A stretch of 64,000 nucleotides of DNA from Torpedo marmorata. Lineage: Eukaryota. Numbering within the stretch: the stretch's first letter is position 1; each line of letters starts with the position of its first letter. Both the position numbers and the translations under genes were made by a program. This document shows, piece by piece, positions 1-12,139 of this stretch. The DNA lies in the NCBI GenBank assembly GCA_977017645.1, contig OZ360238.1:27156001-27220000 (forward strand), given 5' to 3'. A model generated the notes under the pieces. The model saw only the letters and a list, made by a program, of their open reading frames with translations. It was not told the origin of the DNA and made no database searches.

Positions 1-28
1 CTATTTTTGAACTGATCATCATCATGGT

Positions 29-262
29 TGATGCACCATCAATAACTCCGAAAGACTAGAAGTTATGCAGGAACTGATAGGCTTTTATTCACATCGGAAT
101 GGATGCACATTCCTGCTGGTCGTCTGTCCTGGACTGGGGAGGGACCTGTGGCACAATAGCCTTTATTCAGGGGTCTGTGGGAGGAGCCACAGGTACAACC
201 AGTAAGGGGCGTGTCCAGATGACCACAAACATATATACAGTTATATACAGTGGTTTACCACA
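29..262 (-). mobile_element. Solo LTR of an LTR retrotransposon
   Basis: TG...CA ends (tgatgcacca...ttaccaca). AATAAA-like signal on the minus strand (ttttatt). Near-perfect 5-bp TSD atggt (24-28) / ttggt (263-267). Confidence 0.6.
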
Positions 263-287
263 TTGGTTCATCAACAAAATTACAAAA

Positions 288-532
288 TTTCTTCCCACGG
301 GCAGTGAGACTGCTGAATGACTGAATGAAGTGCTCATATAAACCCTCTGTGACTCTACCATTTATTTAAGAGTAATATTTATTTATTTTTATATTTGTAG
401 ATACATACCGTGCATATGATTCATTTGTCTGAATGTGTGTTTGCAGTGGTTTACACCAAGGACTGGAGAACACTGTTTCATCAGGTTGTACTTGTACAAT
501 CGGATGATAAATAAACTTAAATTTGAACTTGA
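288..532 (+). mobile_element. Rex1/Babar-like LINE 3' end fragment
   Basis: ttcttcccacgggcagtgagactgctgaa (FFPRAVRLLN C-terminus). 3' UTR ends in aataaac+(ttgaac)n, as in the copies at 37036-37460 and 43390. Confidence 0.7.
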
Positions 533-855
533 GATGCACCAAAATTCTAACTCGCTGCAGCCACACAGGTAGGCAAGATACACCAACTACAATAGAATAA
601 ATTAAAATGACCACAATGTGCTCTGAGGCAAAAATGTATAGCAGTTCTCAGTTAGTCTACCATGATGTAACTGCCTCACAAGACACTACAACTGGCAATG
701 GCTGTTAAAGAAATGACCAATTGGTAACATAATGTTGAAGGTCCAACCTCATCAACTTGTGAAGCCAGTGGAACCCCAAAACACCGAACTCAACAATGAC
801 CAGAACCAGGATGCGTCGGCGGATCTGACAGATAGAGAATGTTTAAAATTTAATT

Positions 856-3800
856 ATGGCTGATTCTAGAAGTATAAATTTTGTAAGTATTAATGTTAAT
901 GGGCTTAATAACCCAATTAAGAGGAAAAAAACTTTAGCACATATCAAAAAATTAAAAGTAGATATAGCTTTTTTACAGGAAACGCATTTGATTGATAAAG
1001 AACATCAAAAATTAAAGAGAGAATGGGTAGGACATGTAGTAGCTTCATCTTTTAATTCTAAAGCGAGAGGAGTAGCGATTTTAATCAATAAAAAATTACC
1101 ATTTAAAATACAATCAGTAGTGACGGATATAGCTGGTAGATATGTTTTAGTGCATTGTCAAATTTATTCAGAAATATGGACCCTTTTAAATTTATATATT
1201 ACAAACCCAGAGGACGAACAATTTATTCAAGATACTTTTTTACATTTATCTGAGGCTAAGGAAAATATTTTAATTGGAGGAGATTTCAATTGTTGTCTTA
1301 ATGCAAATATGGATAAAACATCTAGAACATCTGTTAGACCTAAGATAGTTAAAAGAATTATTAATTTAATGGATGATTTAAATTTAGTAGATATTTGGAG
1401 AAAGTTAAACCCTAGAGAAAAAGATTATTCATTTTATTCCTTTCGACATAATTCATTCTCAAGGATTGATTTATTCTTAATATCTTCACAAATTCAAGAT
1501 AGAATAACTCAAATTTCTTATAAAGCAAGAATAATTTCGGACCATTCACCTTTATTAATGACATGTATAATTCCAGAGAAAGAAAAAACTGTATATAACT
1601 GGAGATTAGACTCTTCTTTATTAAATAGAAAAGATTTTTGTGAATATATAAGAAAAGAAATTCAGGAATTTTTAAGAATTAATAATAATTCAGTTGAAGA
1701 TAAGTTTATAATTTGGGAATCTTTAAAAGCATATTTAAGAGGATTGATAATAAGCTTCTCGGCAAAAATTAGAAAAGATTATGTGAAAGAAGAAGAAAAA
1801 CTGGAGGGAGAAATTGAAGTTATGGAAAAGGATTTTCAAAGAAATAAAACAATTTCTAAGAGACAACGTTTAATTGGGAAAAAATTACATTATAATATAT
1901 TACAAACTCGAAAAATAGAAAAATTAATTGGTAGAACAAAGCAAAGATATTATGAATTGGGAGAAAGAGCACATAAAGTTTTAGCATGGCAATTAAAGAA
2001 AGAACAAGTTTCTAAAACTATAAATGCTATAAAGAAAAGTTCTGGAGAAATAACTTATAAACCTCAAGAAATAAATAATTCATTTAAAGAGTATTATCAA
2101 AATTTATATACTTCGCAAATGAATCAAGATGTTGTAAAAATTGATGATTTTTTAGCTAAAATTACATTGCCCAAATTAAATAGTTTTAATAGAGATTTGT
2201 TAGATTTACCAATTACAATGAGAGAAGTAGGTGAGGCTTTATCATCATTGAATAGTGGTAAATCTCCCGGTGATGATGGATTTCCGGCAGAGTTTTATAA
2301 GAAATTTAAAGATGTATTGATACCTATATATATGGAAGTATTAACTCAAATAAAGGAAACTCATTCATTACCGAAAACATTTTTAAATGCTATTATTACA
2401 GTTATACCAAAGAAAGATAGAGATGTATTAAAAACAGAATCGTATAGGCCTATATCATTGTTAAATGTAGATTATAAATTAATGGCAAAAATCTTGACAA
2501 ATAGACTAGCTAAGTTTTTACCATTTTTAATACATCCAGATCAAGCAGGATTTATCAAAAATAGATATTCAAAGGATAATATAGCAAGATTAATAAGTTT
2601 GATTAATTTACAAAAAAAGAAACAGGATTTGCCGTTAGTGATAGCATTAGATGCAGAAAAAGCATTTGATAGAGTAGAATGGAAGTTTTTATTTAAGGTT
2701 TTAGAGAAATATGGATTTGGAAATACGTTTATAAACTGGATTAAGACTATATATAAGGAACCTACAGCCAGAGTAATTACAAATGGTCAAATATCATCTA
2801 AATTCTCTTTGACGCGGTCAACAAGACAAGGATGTCCATTGTCACCTGCTTTATTTGTATTGGCAATAGAACCGTTGGCGGAAATGATTAGGAAAGATAT
2901 TAATATAAATGGGATAAAAGTAGGTGTAGAAGAGCATAAAATTAGTTTGTTTGCAGATGATGTATTAATATATATGACAAAGTCTATTAAATCACTTCAA
3001 CAATTAGATAAAATATTGAGGGATTATGGTGAAATATCTAGATATAAAATTAATTCGGATAAAAGTGAGATAATGGCTTTATCTCAAGGAGACTATACTA
3101 AATGTAAAGAAGTTACAAAATTTAAATGGACTAAAGAAGCTATTAAATATTTGGGAGTTAAAGTGGATACAAAGTTAGAAAATTTATATAAATTAAATTA
3201 CATACCTTTATTTCAGAAAATAAAGAAGGATTTGGATAATTGGAAAGATTTACCCATAACTTTAATGGGAAGAGTGAATTGTATTAAAATGAATATTTTT
3301 CCAAAAGTTCAATATCTTTTTCAATCTATACCTTTTGGTATTCCTCAAAAATTTTTTAAAGATTTAAAAATTATTATTAGAAAGTTTTTATGGAAAGGAA
3401 AATTGGCAAGAGTAAGTATGGATAAATTAACTTGGGAATACGAAATGGGTGGATTACAACTCCCTAATTTTCAATATTATTATAAGGCAGCACAATTAAA
3501 ATTTATAAATGAACTATTTGATTTAACTAAAAATACGGCTTGGATTAATATAGAATTGAGTAATATAGGAGAAAGAAATAAGGAAGATATTATTTATAAA
3601 TGGAATTCTAAATTATTATTGATTAAAAAGAAAAAGTCACTGATTATTAAACATCTATTGGAAATTTGGAATCAATTAGATAATGAAATAGGACGAAAAG
3701 GATCAATTTCTTTAAATATGCCATTATATCAGAATTTATTATTACCATTTTCTATTGATAATCAATTTTTAAAATTATGGTATCAAAAAGGAATTAAGAA

Positions 3801-4641
3801 GATTAAAGATTGTTTTGAGGCAGGAAGATTTGTTACTTTTTCTAGATTGAAAGAAAAATTTGGAATAATGGATAATACAGTTTTGGCTTATTATCAAGTT
3901 AAAGGATTTTTAGTTGGGAAATTAGGGAATCAATTAATATCCCCTAGACAAGATGGGTTAGAGTTATTAATTACTAATGGAAATGTTAACAAATTTATAT
4001 CGCAAATGTATAAATTACTTCAGAAAAAAATGTTTAAAGTAGGACTACATAAATCTAGATTAAATTGGGAATTAGATCTAAACACTAGTATAGATGAACA
4101 ACACTGGAAAGAACTATGTAAACTGAGTATGACTAAGATTATTAATGTTAGATATAGATTAGTACAATATAATTTTTTTCATCAATTATATATAACACCT
4201 AAAAAATTAAAAAAATTCAATTCGGCATTGTCAGATATGTGTTTTAGATGTAAAGATGAAATAGGTTCTTTTGTACATTGTACATGGTTGTGTTTGAAAA
4301 TTAAAAATTTTTGGTCTAAAGTCAAGGAATTTCTAGATAGAATTCTTAATATTACGATTCCAATGGACCCTATGATATTTCTGTTTGGAGATATTAAAAA
4401 AATTAGTATTAGAAATAGATTGAATATGTACCAAATAGAATTTTTACGAATTGTGTTAGCAATTTCAAAAAAATGTATTGCTATTACTTGGAAATCAGAT
4501 TTAGATTTAAATTTGGATAGACTACATGCAGAGTTACGCTCGTGTATACCATTGGAAAAAATTACGTATAATTTACGAGATAAATATCATTTCTTTCTGA
4601 AAATTTGGAGCCCATACATGAGAATTATGGGTTTGAATTAA
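856..4641 (+). CDS. ORF2: L1 ORF2 protein (APE endonuclease, reverse transcriptase, C-terminal CCHC), uninterrupted 1261 aa
   Basis: NVNGLN, LQETH, GGDFN, SRID and SDH (APE). YRPISLLN, LDAEKAFD, RQGCPLSP, LFADD and YLG (RT). CFRC-x8-H-x4-C near the C-terminus. Confidence 0.97.
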   Translation: MADSRSINFVSINVNGLNNPIKRKKTLAHIKKLKVDIAFLQETHLIDKEHQKLKREWVGHVVASSFNSKARGVAILINKKLPFKIQSVVTDIAGRYVLVHCQIYSEIWTLLNLYITNPEDEQFIQDTFLHLSEAKENILIGGDFNCCLNANMDKTSRTSVRPKIVKRIINLMDDLNLVDIWRKLNPREKDYSFYSFRHNSFSRIDLFLISSQIQDRITQISYKARIISDHSPLLMTCIIPEKEKTVYNWRLDSSLLNRKDFCEYIRKEIQEFLRINNNSVEDKFIIWESLKAYLRGLIISFSAKIRKDYVKEEEKLEGEIEVMEKDFQRNKTISKRQRLIGKKLHYNILQTRKIEKLIGRTKQRYYELGERAHKVLAWQLKKEQVSKTINAIKKSSGEITYKPQEINNSFKEYYQNLYTSQMNQDVVKIDDFLAKITLPKLNSFNRDLLDLPITMREVGEALSSLNSGKSPGDDGFPAEFYKKFKDVLIPIYMEVLTQIKETHSLPKTFLNAIITVIPKKDRDVLKTESYRPISLLNVDYKLMAKILTNRLAKFLPFLIHPDQAGFIKNRYSKDNIARLISLINLQKKKQDLPLVIALDAEKAFDRVEWKFLFKVLEKYGFGNTFINWIKTIYKEPTARVITNGQISSKFSLTRSTRQGCPLSPALFVLAIEPLAEMIRKDININGIKVGVEEHKISLFADDVLIYMTKSIKSLQQLDKILRDYGEISRYKINSDKSEIMALSQGDYTKCKEVTKFKWTKEAIKYLGVKVDTKLENLYKLNYIPLFQKIKKDLDNWKDLPITLMGRVNCIKMNIFPKVQYLFQSIPFGIPQKFFKDLKIIIRKFLWKGKLARVSMDKLTWEYEMGGLQLPNFQYYYKAAQLKFINELFDLTKNTAWINIELSNIGERNKEDIIYKWNSKLLLIKKKKSLIIKHLLEIWNQLDNEIGRKGSISLNMPLYQNLLLPFSIDNQFLKLWYQKGIKKIKDCFEAGRFVTFSRLKEKFGIMDNTVLAYYQVKGFLVGKLGNQLISPRQDGLELLITNGNVNKFISQMYKLLQKKMFKVGLHKSRLNWELDLNTSIDEQHWKELCKLSMTKIINVRYRLVQYNFFHQLYITPKKLKKFNSALSDMCFRCKDEIGSFVHCTWLCLKIKNFWSKVKEFLDRILNITIPMDPMIFLFGDIKKISIRNRLNMYQIEFLRIVLAISKKCIAITWKSDLDLNLDRLHAELRSCIPLEKITYNLRDKYHFFLKIWSPYMRIMGLN

Positions 4642-4815
4642 TTCTCTAGAAGTTAGTACCGCTGACAAAGTAACCTCCAATATACAAGTAGAGTTAGCTT
4701 GAAATAGTTTTTCTCCTCATATTAACACTAACTTTCTTAACTTTATTATTCAATCTTTTTCTTTCCTTTTAATTAACATTTTTATATTCTATTTTCTCTT
4801 TTTATTAGATAGCGT

Positions 4816-4853
4816 GGGAGGGTTGGGGAGGGGAGGGTGGGAAGGGGGGGTGG
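4816..4853 (+). other. G-quadruplex-competent tract in the L1 3' UTR
   Basis: gggagggttggggaggggagggtgggaagggggggtgg contains at least 6 G-runs. Equivalent C-rich tracts lie at about 19851-19875 and 58380-58410 in the minus-strand copies. Confidence 0.6.
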
Positions 4854-5199
4854 TAAATATATCACATGTATTTTAAATAATATACTATTTTTTTGATATA
4901 TGTATTTTGTGATTTTAAAAATTAAATAAAATTATAAAAAAAAAACAAAAAAAAAAAAAAATGACCAGAACCTGATGGGAGCTCAAGGAGAAAATGAATG
5001 GACTGGAACATTGAGTGTGTACTCTTGGGTTTCAGGCAACAAGAGTCTGCTGTTCTGCAAGAAATACAGCAAGAACAATAACGGGAGACTCATCATACAC
5101 TGTAAGAATCAGAGCTAGAGCAGTGAAGCCTTGCGTGCAGTGATCCCATGGTTCTGGACGGAAAGTGGTTGATAATAGTGCTCAACATGATGCAAAGGT

Positions 5200-5580
5200 A
5201 GTCTCAGAGTGAACAACCAGGGACATGAGCCCTTCACAACATAGTTGGAGAGGATGGAATTTTTTTCATGCCAATTATTGTCATTGAAGTTGAGGTTCAT
5301 ATGGAAAGTTCAGAGGTACAGAATATTGTCCCAACAAAATATTTGCATGTTATTTTACGAACAGAGATTACTCTAAGACCTATCACACTCTTACTATTTT
5401 GATTGCACCACAGAAATCCAAAGATAATGCATTCCTGAAGATAATGCAGCCATTGGAGGATTATTTCAATCCACAATCATTTGAAATAGCATTGTTACAA
5501 ACTTGGCAAGAGGAATTAAAGAGCTGCAGAAACTGTCAGTAACTTTTTTCTTGCCTTAAAGGATTTATTGAGTTATTGCT
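5200..5580 (+). pseudogene. Highly decayed Gypsy gag relic
   Basis: Broken-frame translation resembles LERMEFF...LEDYFNPQSFEIA of fish Gypsy gag N-termini. Confidence 0.35.
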
Positions 5581-6142
5581 ACTTTGGAGAATTCTTAACT
5601 CATGCACTCAGGGACAGATTCGTGTGTGGCCTGGAAAATGAATGGATTTAGCTTTAGTTAAGCACGTAAAGTCTTATGTTTGATCTGGCTTGCAAAATAG
5701 CAAATTCCATGGAAGTGACAGTGAAAAATACCAAGGAAATTCATCCAGTGGCAGGCAGAAGCATAACTGTAGCTTACAGCCAGTGGGCAACACACATTGC
5801 GACATTTCCCAAGTAAGCGTTGCATCACATGAGTACAAATGGCAGTACTTTTTTCTAATGTTCCAGTAGCAGCCATTCATCACACTCCTTTAAGGCAGCA
5901 AAATGCAATACATGTCAAAAAATGGAACATAGCAAGGGCATGCGAGGGTAAGCCTGCAACAATTCATCAGAGCGAAGTGCATAAGGCAATCCCTTCGGAC
6001 AGAAAGTGTTTCTGGTGAGAAAATAGGAAGAGGGAATTTGTGTAACCTGAAGTGGAAATAGGCAGAGTTAAAAATTGTGCTCTGTTACATCTACAATGCG
6101 AATGCAAATCATGGGAAGCAACGAGATATTAGACCAAAATAT

Positions 6143-6495
6143 CATATGTAGGAGCATAAGTAGGCCTTTCGGACTGCCAAGTCTGCTCCTCCATTCCATC
6201 ATGAGCTGATCCATTCTTCCACTCAGCCCCATTCCCCTGCCTTCTCCCCATAGCCTTTGATACCCTGACTATATGTGTCAATCTCTGCCTTTAATGCACC
6301 CAATGACCTGGCCTCCACAGCCGCCCATGGCCGCAAATTCCAGAGGTTCACCACTCTCTGGCGAAAGGAATTCCTCCGCATCTCTGTTTCAAATGGGCGC
6401 TCTTCAATCCTGAAGTTGCGCCCTCTTATCTTAGACTCCCCTACCATGGGAAACAACTTTGGCACATCTACTCTGTCCAGGTACTTCAACATTTA
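6143..6495 (-). mobile_element. CR1 LINE 3' fragment
   Basis: ORF 6223-6492 (LDRVDV...RRNSFRQRVVNLWN...IKGYGEKAG) is the typical CR1 RT C-terminus, followed by the 3' UTR. Confidence 0.9.
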
Positions 6496-6847
6496 AGATA
6501 TTGAAATCACATTGCAGATTTCTGATCAATCTAAAGAAAAGTAGATTGTTCATGATGGGAAGAAACATCTGCAGAGCAGGTTCGATCTCTCTTGAGCAGA
6601 AGCACTATAAGAATCAAAACATATTCTGATGATGCAATAAACAAACTAAATCAAATAAAATGCACACAGTCAATGGCCAAAAGTTTTAGTCAACTATGCA
6701 AAGGATTACCAGTGGTCAAAATTTGGCTAAGAAAAAAAAAATCATTTGATGTGATGAGTTTCAGACCCATACACATTCTCTGAAACAACTTTTGGAGATG
6801 TAATTACACAAGTATAAAGGCATTTTCACTGCCTCAAAATCAAAATT

Positions 6848-7085
6848 AGAATCAGGTTAATTGTCATGAACATGTGACATGAAATTTGTTGTTATGCGGC
6901 AGCAGTATTGTGCAGAACAAGGTGCAAAAATTACTATAAAATTACAATTAAGTAAATATAAGATTAAAAAAAATTAATAAGTAGTGCAAAAAAGAGAAAA
7001 AAAGTTAGATAGTGTCCATAGGTTCATTGTCCATTCAGAAAGATGAAGGCAGAGGGGAAGCAGCTGTTTTTGTAACATTGGTGTA
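6848..7085 (-). mobile_element. Rex1/Babar-like LINE 3' tail
   Basis: agaatcagg..attgtcatgaac..catgaaatt is the reverse complement of the Rex1 tail. gatgaaggcagaggggaagcagctgttttt is the reverse complement of SFFP-type coding. Confidence 0.7.
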
Positions 7086-7602
7086 TTGAGCCTTCACTGC
7101 ATGCAAGTCATACATTTGTATCGAGTGAAGACCAAGCTTAAGTGAATGTGAATCCCAACCACATGCCATATATTCACTCACAAGTCCAATGGAAAAAGAA
7201 TTGTATAACCCAGACCAAAAAAGAATACTAGGTACGTTAGCACTTTAGCACCCAAGCCCACCAGAGTATAAAATGACCCTCAATCAGTGAATTAATAATA
7301 AGTAATATATTTTTACTTATGTCATAAATTCTCTATGCAAAACTGGAGGGACTCAAGTTCACAACAATAATTTATCTTACATGTACACTCAATTGAATGT
7401 ATACCAAAGCATCAAGCTTTCCTCACCATAATTGTGATTAAGGTTCTTCGATCTTCAACAAAATTGCCAGATCATCACCAAAATTCTTCCAGTCCACAGG
7501 GGAACAAACCTTGCAAAGTGCGTATCATCGCCTTCGCAACTCAAAATATGTCCTCATGATCACTAGTAATGAAGAAGTCAATCTTCATATTTTGGAGGAG
7601 GT

Positions 7603-8757
7603 TGTTACGAACTAACAAACCCTGTTAGTACTAACAAAGGAACAGCAATGGAATATGCACCAGACAATGGTAAATTCAAAAATAGTTTTTATTTAAAACT
7701 ATTAATAACATAACATATCTTACTTAACTTAACTCTAACTTAAATCCCACTATGCGCAAATATAAATGTGTGTGTGTTAAAGTCCAAATTATTTCAATTT
7801 AAACTTAAATCTGAAAAAGTTATTTTTTAAAGTCCAGTTTCCAACTTCTTTTGTTGAACTTCAGAATCCTTTTAAATTGTGATTCAGAAGTTATTATGAA
7901 GCAAGAATGGAGTATTCAATTTCTTTCAAACTCACACGTCTTTTGATGAGTGGTCTTTCAGAGATAGTCTTCATACGAGTGTGTTCACAAGTTTCCCCCT
8001 AACTTGTTAGGGTTACGGAACTGTGATCTTCACAATGATTTCTTTCTTAATCAGGAGTAACATACGGTGATGTCCTCTTTTTTTAGAAACAATTTGAAAG
8101 TGGTCTTATTTATTTTAAAAGTCACTAATATTGTGTATCTCCTATGATAAGAAACAGCACCTCCATCCACTCAGAGATCGCTGCTCATAAAATGATTCTG
8201 CCTTTCCAGAATATCAAAGTTCTTCAGACTTTTTCTTTGTCCTTCCAAAGTGTCAGAGTTTCTTCAGTCTGGTGCAGTCTGTTTCCAAATGTCTCTCTGC
8301 TTTCCTTATATATCTCTGACATCATGTGACATTACATCACCACAGTTTTAGTTTCATTTTCAAAAGCATTACCTCATGCCTTTCTTCAAAACCACTTACA
8401 TCCACAAAAACATCTGACCTCATCTCTGATCCAAGATTATAAGTGATTACTACTCCGAATAGTCTGGCACATGTCACTCAAATGGCACTTGAGTTTGCAA
8501 CAGCTGCTATCATAAGGCTTTTAAAAACCACACATTGTCCTTAAATCACTTAAATGCACTTCTGTTTCATTATTGGCTGTTGTCTTCTTAGACGCGGCGA
8601 CTCCAAACTGAACTCTCTCTCTGAGTAATGTTTTTTTTCTGCAAATGTGCTGTGACCTGTCTGTGACCCTGTACCAGCCCACAACTAACCTTACTAAGAT
8701 ATATAATTCTATAACTTAACTTTAAATATTAATATTAACATTAACACATCCGTTACA
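7603..8757 (-). repeat. 3' LTR
   Basis: tgttacgaac...cgttaca; direct repeat of 13388-14520. Confidence 0.95.
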
Positions 8758-8768
8758 CCTCCTTTCCA
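8758..8768 (-). other. Polypurine tract
   Basis: cctcctttcc reads ggaaaggagg on the minus strand, directly abutting the 3' LTR. Confidence 0.85.
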
Positions 8769-8946
8769 CAGAAAGCAATTTGAACTTCTAAAAGGTCAAA
8801 ATTTTAAATTGCAATCTACCATTTATTTAATAGATTTCTTACATAACATGATACAAACAAATGTGGCAGAAATAATGTAAATTCAACTTCTGGACAGACA
8901 ATCAGCAATAACATTGTCTCTGCCCATAATATGCATTATAACCAAG

Positions 8947-10104
8947 TTATATTCTTGTAATTAAACTCCAGTTCAACAATCTTCCATTTTTATGTTTCGT
9001 TTTACTCAAAAACACCAATAGATTATGGTTATTGTAAACAACAATTGATCCCATAGCATTGCAAATATAAATCTCAAAGTGTTGCAAAGCCCATACAAGA
9101 GACAATAATTCATTTTCAATAGTAAAATAATTCTTTTGGTGTTGATTGAATTTTTTAGATACATAAGCCACTGGATGTTCAATACCATCATTTTTACTCT
9201 TCTGCAATAAAACTGCTCCTGTCGCATCATCACTAGCATCTACTGCTAAAGAGAATGGCTTTCCAAAGTCAGGTGACCTAAGTACAGGCCTGTGACATAA
9301 AATGGCTTTTAGTTTGTCAAAAGCTTCCTGACAAATTGTTGTCCAAATAAACTTTTCACCCTTTTTCAAAAGATTAGTCAGAGGAATGGCAATATCCGCA
9401 AAATTTTTACAGAACTTTCTGTAGTACCCAACCATTTCTAAAAATCTCCTCACAGCTTTCTTACCCGTGGGTGCAAGAAATTCAATAATTGTCTGAACTT
9501 TAACCTGAACAGGTGCCACTTTTTCTTGGCCAACAACATAACCAAGATAAATCACCTTAGCATGACAAAATTCACTTTTAGCTAAATTACCAGTAAGATT
9601 GGCTTTCAAAAGTTTATTAAACAATTTCTCTAACGCAGAGATGTGTTCTTCCCATGTATCATTCCCTGTAACCAAGTCATCAATATAAGCATCTGTATGT
9701 TTTAAATCTTGAGTCACAGAATTAATCATCCTTTGAAATGTTCCTGGAGCATTCTTCATTCCAAATGGTAAAACATTGTACTCATATAAACCCGATGGGG
9801 TTACAAAGGCTGAAATTTCCCTTCTGCATTCTGTTAAGGGAACACACCAGTAACCTTTTAATAAATCTATCTTTGTAATAAAGGTAGCTTTTCCAATCTT
9901 ATCCATACAATCATCCACCCTAGGGATAGGATAAGCATCTGTCTTTGTCACTACATTAACTTTTCTATATTCAGTGCAAAATTTAACTGTCCCATCTGAT
10001 TTATGTACCAAAACACAAGATGAACTCCAATCTGAAGTAGAACACTTAATAATATTATTCTTTAACATGTATTCAATCTCTTGATCTCTGTTTACATTTT
10101 TCAA
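8947..10104 (-). pseudogene. pol: Gypsy pol RT and RNase H segment
   Basis: IDLLKGYW, LPFGMKNAPGTFQR and YIDD (RT). VDASD and IENELL (RNase H). Frameshifted from the upstream segment. Confidence 0.92.
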
Positions 10105-12139
10105 TATTCATTCTGTATGGATGCTGTTTGATAGGTCTTGTTTCTCCAACATTAACATCGTGGCAAGCCCTCTGTGGCACATCCAGAAATAAATTTCTGT
10201 ATTTTAGAATCAACTGTTTCATTTGTTCCTTTTCCTGAGGTTTCAAATGAGCCAACTTCTCATCCAAATTTTCCAATATACTTGAATTAAGTAAACGAAC
10301 TGGAACAATATTCTCCTTAACATAACTCTCACAAGAATCAGCTTGTATGGTTTCATGATCCATAACCTCAGTTTTCTCCACAACCAATACATCTGGTGAA
10401 GGCTGCCTCCGGCCAACATCCATATTCTCAAAATAAGGTTCCAACATGTTAATGTGGCAACTCTGTGTTTTACAGCTCCTATCAGGAGTTTTAACCACAT
10501 AATTAACTTCATTTACCTTCGATTCTATTTCATAAGGTCCTGAAAATTTTTCTCTAAAAGGATTAGAAATTGTTGGAAAAAGAATTAACACTTTATCCCC
10601 TGGTTTAAAAATTCTCTCTCTTGCTTTTCTGTCATACCAAACCTTCATATCACCTTGAGCCGTTTTTAAATTCTCCTTTGCTATCTTACAGACCTTCTGT
10701 AAATAATCTTTGAACTCTGAAACGTAATCTAACAAATTTAACTGCACATCCTCATTAACCCACTGTTCTTTCAACAACATTAAAGGTCCCCTAACCTCAT
10801 GTCCAAACACTAACTCAGAATGACTAAAGCCTAACAATTCTTGTATTGTTTCCCTTACTGCAAATACAAGTAAATGAACACCTTCATCCCAGTCCTACTC
10901 ATTCTCTAAACAATAAGTCCTCATCATATTTTTAAAGTCAAATGGAATCTCTCCAAAGCTCCCTGAGATTCTGTGTGATATGCAGATGATGTAATTTGCT
11001 TAGCTCCCAATTTATAAACTAACTATTGAAATACTCCTGACATAAAGTTACTTCCCTGATCTGACTGTATCTCTTTAGGCAAACCAAATGAAGTGAAAAA
11101 TTTCACCAAAGCCCCAGACACAGTTTTTTCTTTAATATTCCTAAGTGGTATTGCTTCAGGAAACCTGGAAGCTACACACATAATGGTCAACAAATATTCA
11201 TTTCCAGCTTTTGTTTTGGGCAATGGACCAACATAATCCACAATAACTTTAGAAAAAGGTTCCCCAAAAACTGGAATAAGTTTTAAAGGTGCCACTGTGG
11301 GACTTTGATTAGGCTTCCCCACAACCTGACAAGTCAAGATCAAGATTCAATTTATTGTCATAGTAATAAAACAGTGTCATATTCCATGAAATTTCTTTTT
11401 GCCTGCTGCAAGGAAGACAGATTCGCCACCAGCAAAAACTGCCTAAGCGCCTCTTACATTCCTTACAGTCAGAGAAAGAGAAGCAAAAGAGAATCCCCCC
11501 AGAGTCACCGAGTGTCCGTAGATTCACCTCCAGCGCTTACGCAGCCACACAGAGTCCAGTCAAAACCATTGGCAACCCAAGCTCCAGATCCGAACCTCCG
11601 ACACGGTCAGGAACCATTCGGAGCCCTCGGCAACCCCTCGCATCCCGCTTCCGATACCTGGTACTCCTCCAGCCAGTTCGAGCCAGTCTCCAGCAGTCTG
11701 CAGCCCGGTGTGAGTCTCCCAACAGCAGTCTCCAGCAGCCCACAGCCTCGACGGGTTCCTCGCCTCGAGTGTGACATGTCCTACAAAATCTCTTAACATC
11801 TTTTCTTAAATTAGGCCAATAAAATTGTTTCAAAATTTTATAGGTAGTTTTCTTTACCCCAAGATGCCCACCTAAAGGTGTGCTATGAGCCATGTTCAAA
11901 ATCTCACCTGTATAATCTTTAGGAACCACAACCTGGTGAACAACTGCCCATTCTTTATTAGCATGAATCTCAACTGACCTCCATTTTCTCATTAATATTC
12001 CTTCTTTTAAATAGTAACCACCTGGCACTTTCTTAATTTTCTCATCAGATAGTACTTTTTCTCTCACTTCAGCAAGATCAATTTCTTTATTCTGTTTCTT
12101 TACTAACTTTGCTCTGGATAAAGACAAATCCTCTTTCAT
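10073..12139 (-). pseudogene. pol: Gypsy integrase (HHCC, core, GPY C-terminus), frameshifted and interrupted, upstream of RT
   Basis: AHSTPLGGHLG...CRTCHT|CQ; VDYVGPLPK, SDQGSNF; FSGPY; runs into PIKQHPYR at the RT start. Confidence 0.9.
11335..11767 (-). mobile_element. Non-coding retroposon ('family X') inserted in the integrase zinc finger
   Basis: 3-bp TSD agt (11332-11334 / 11768-11770). Tail atgacaataaattgaatcttgatcttg. Homologous to 15344-16155, 18124-18270 and 27281-27578. Confidence 0.85.

Larger units (their letters stand above)
808..4959 (+). mobile_element. L1-clade LINE (family A-like), 5'-truncated just upstream of ORF2
   Basis: 13-bp TSD aatgaccagaacc (795-807 / 4960-4972). 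AATAAA and poly(A) at 4925-4960. G-rich 3' UTR. ORF1 absent. Confidence 0.95.

Noticed and set aside
11305-11796. 163-aa plus-strand ORF, and the short ORFs at 15633-16276 and 27229-27526
   Set aside because: Chance frames in the GC-rich family X repeat; not conserved between copies.
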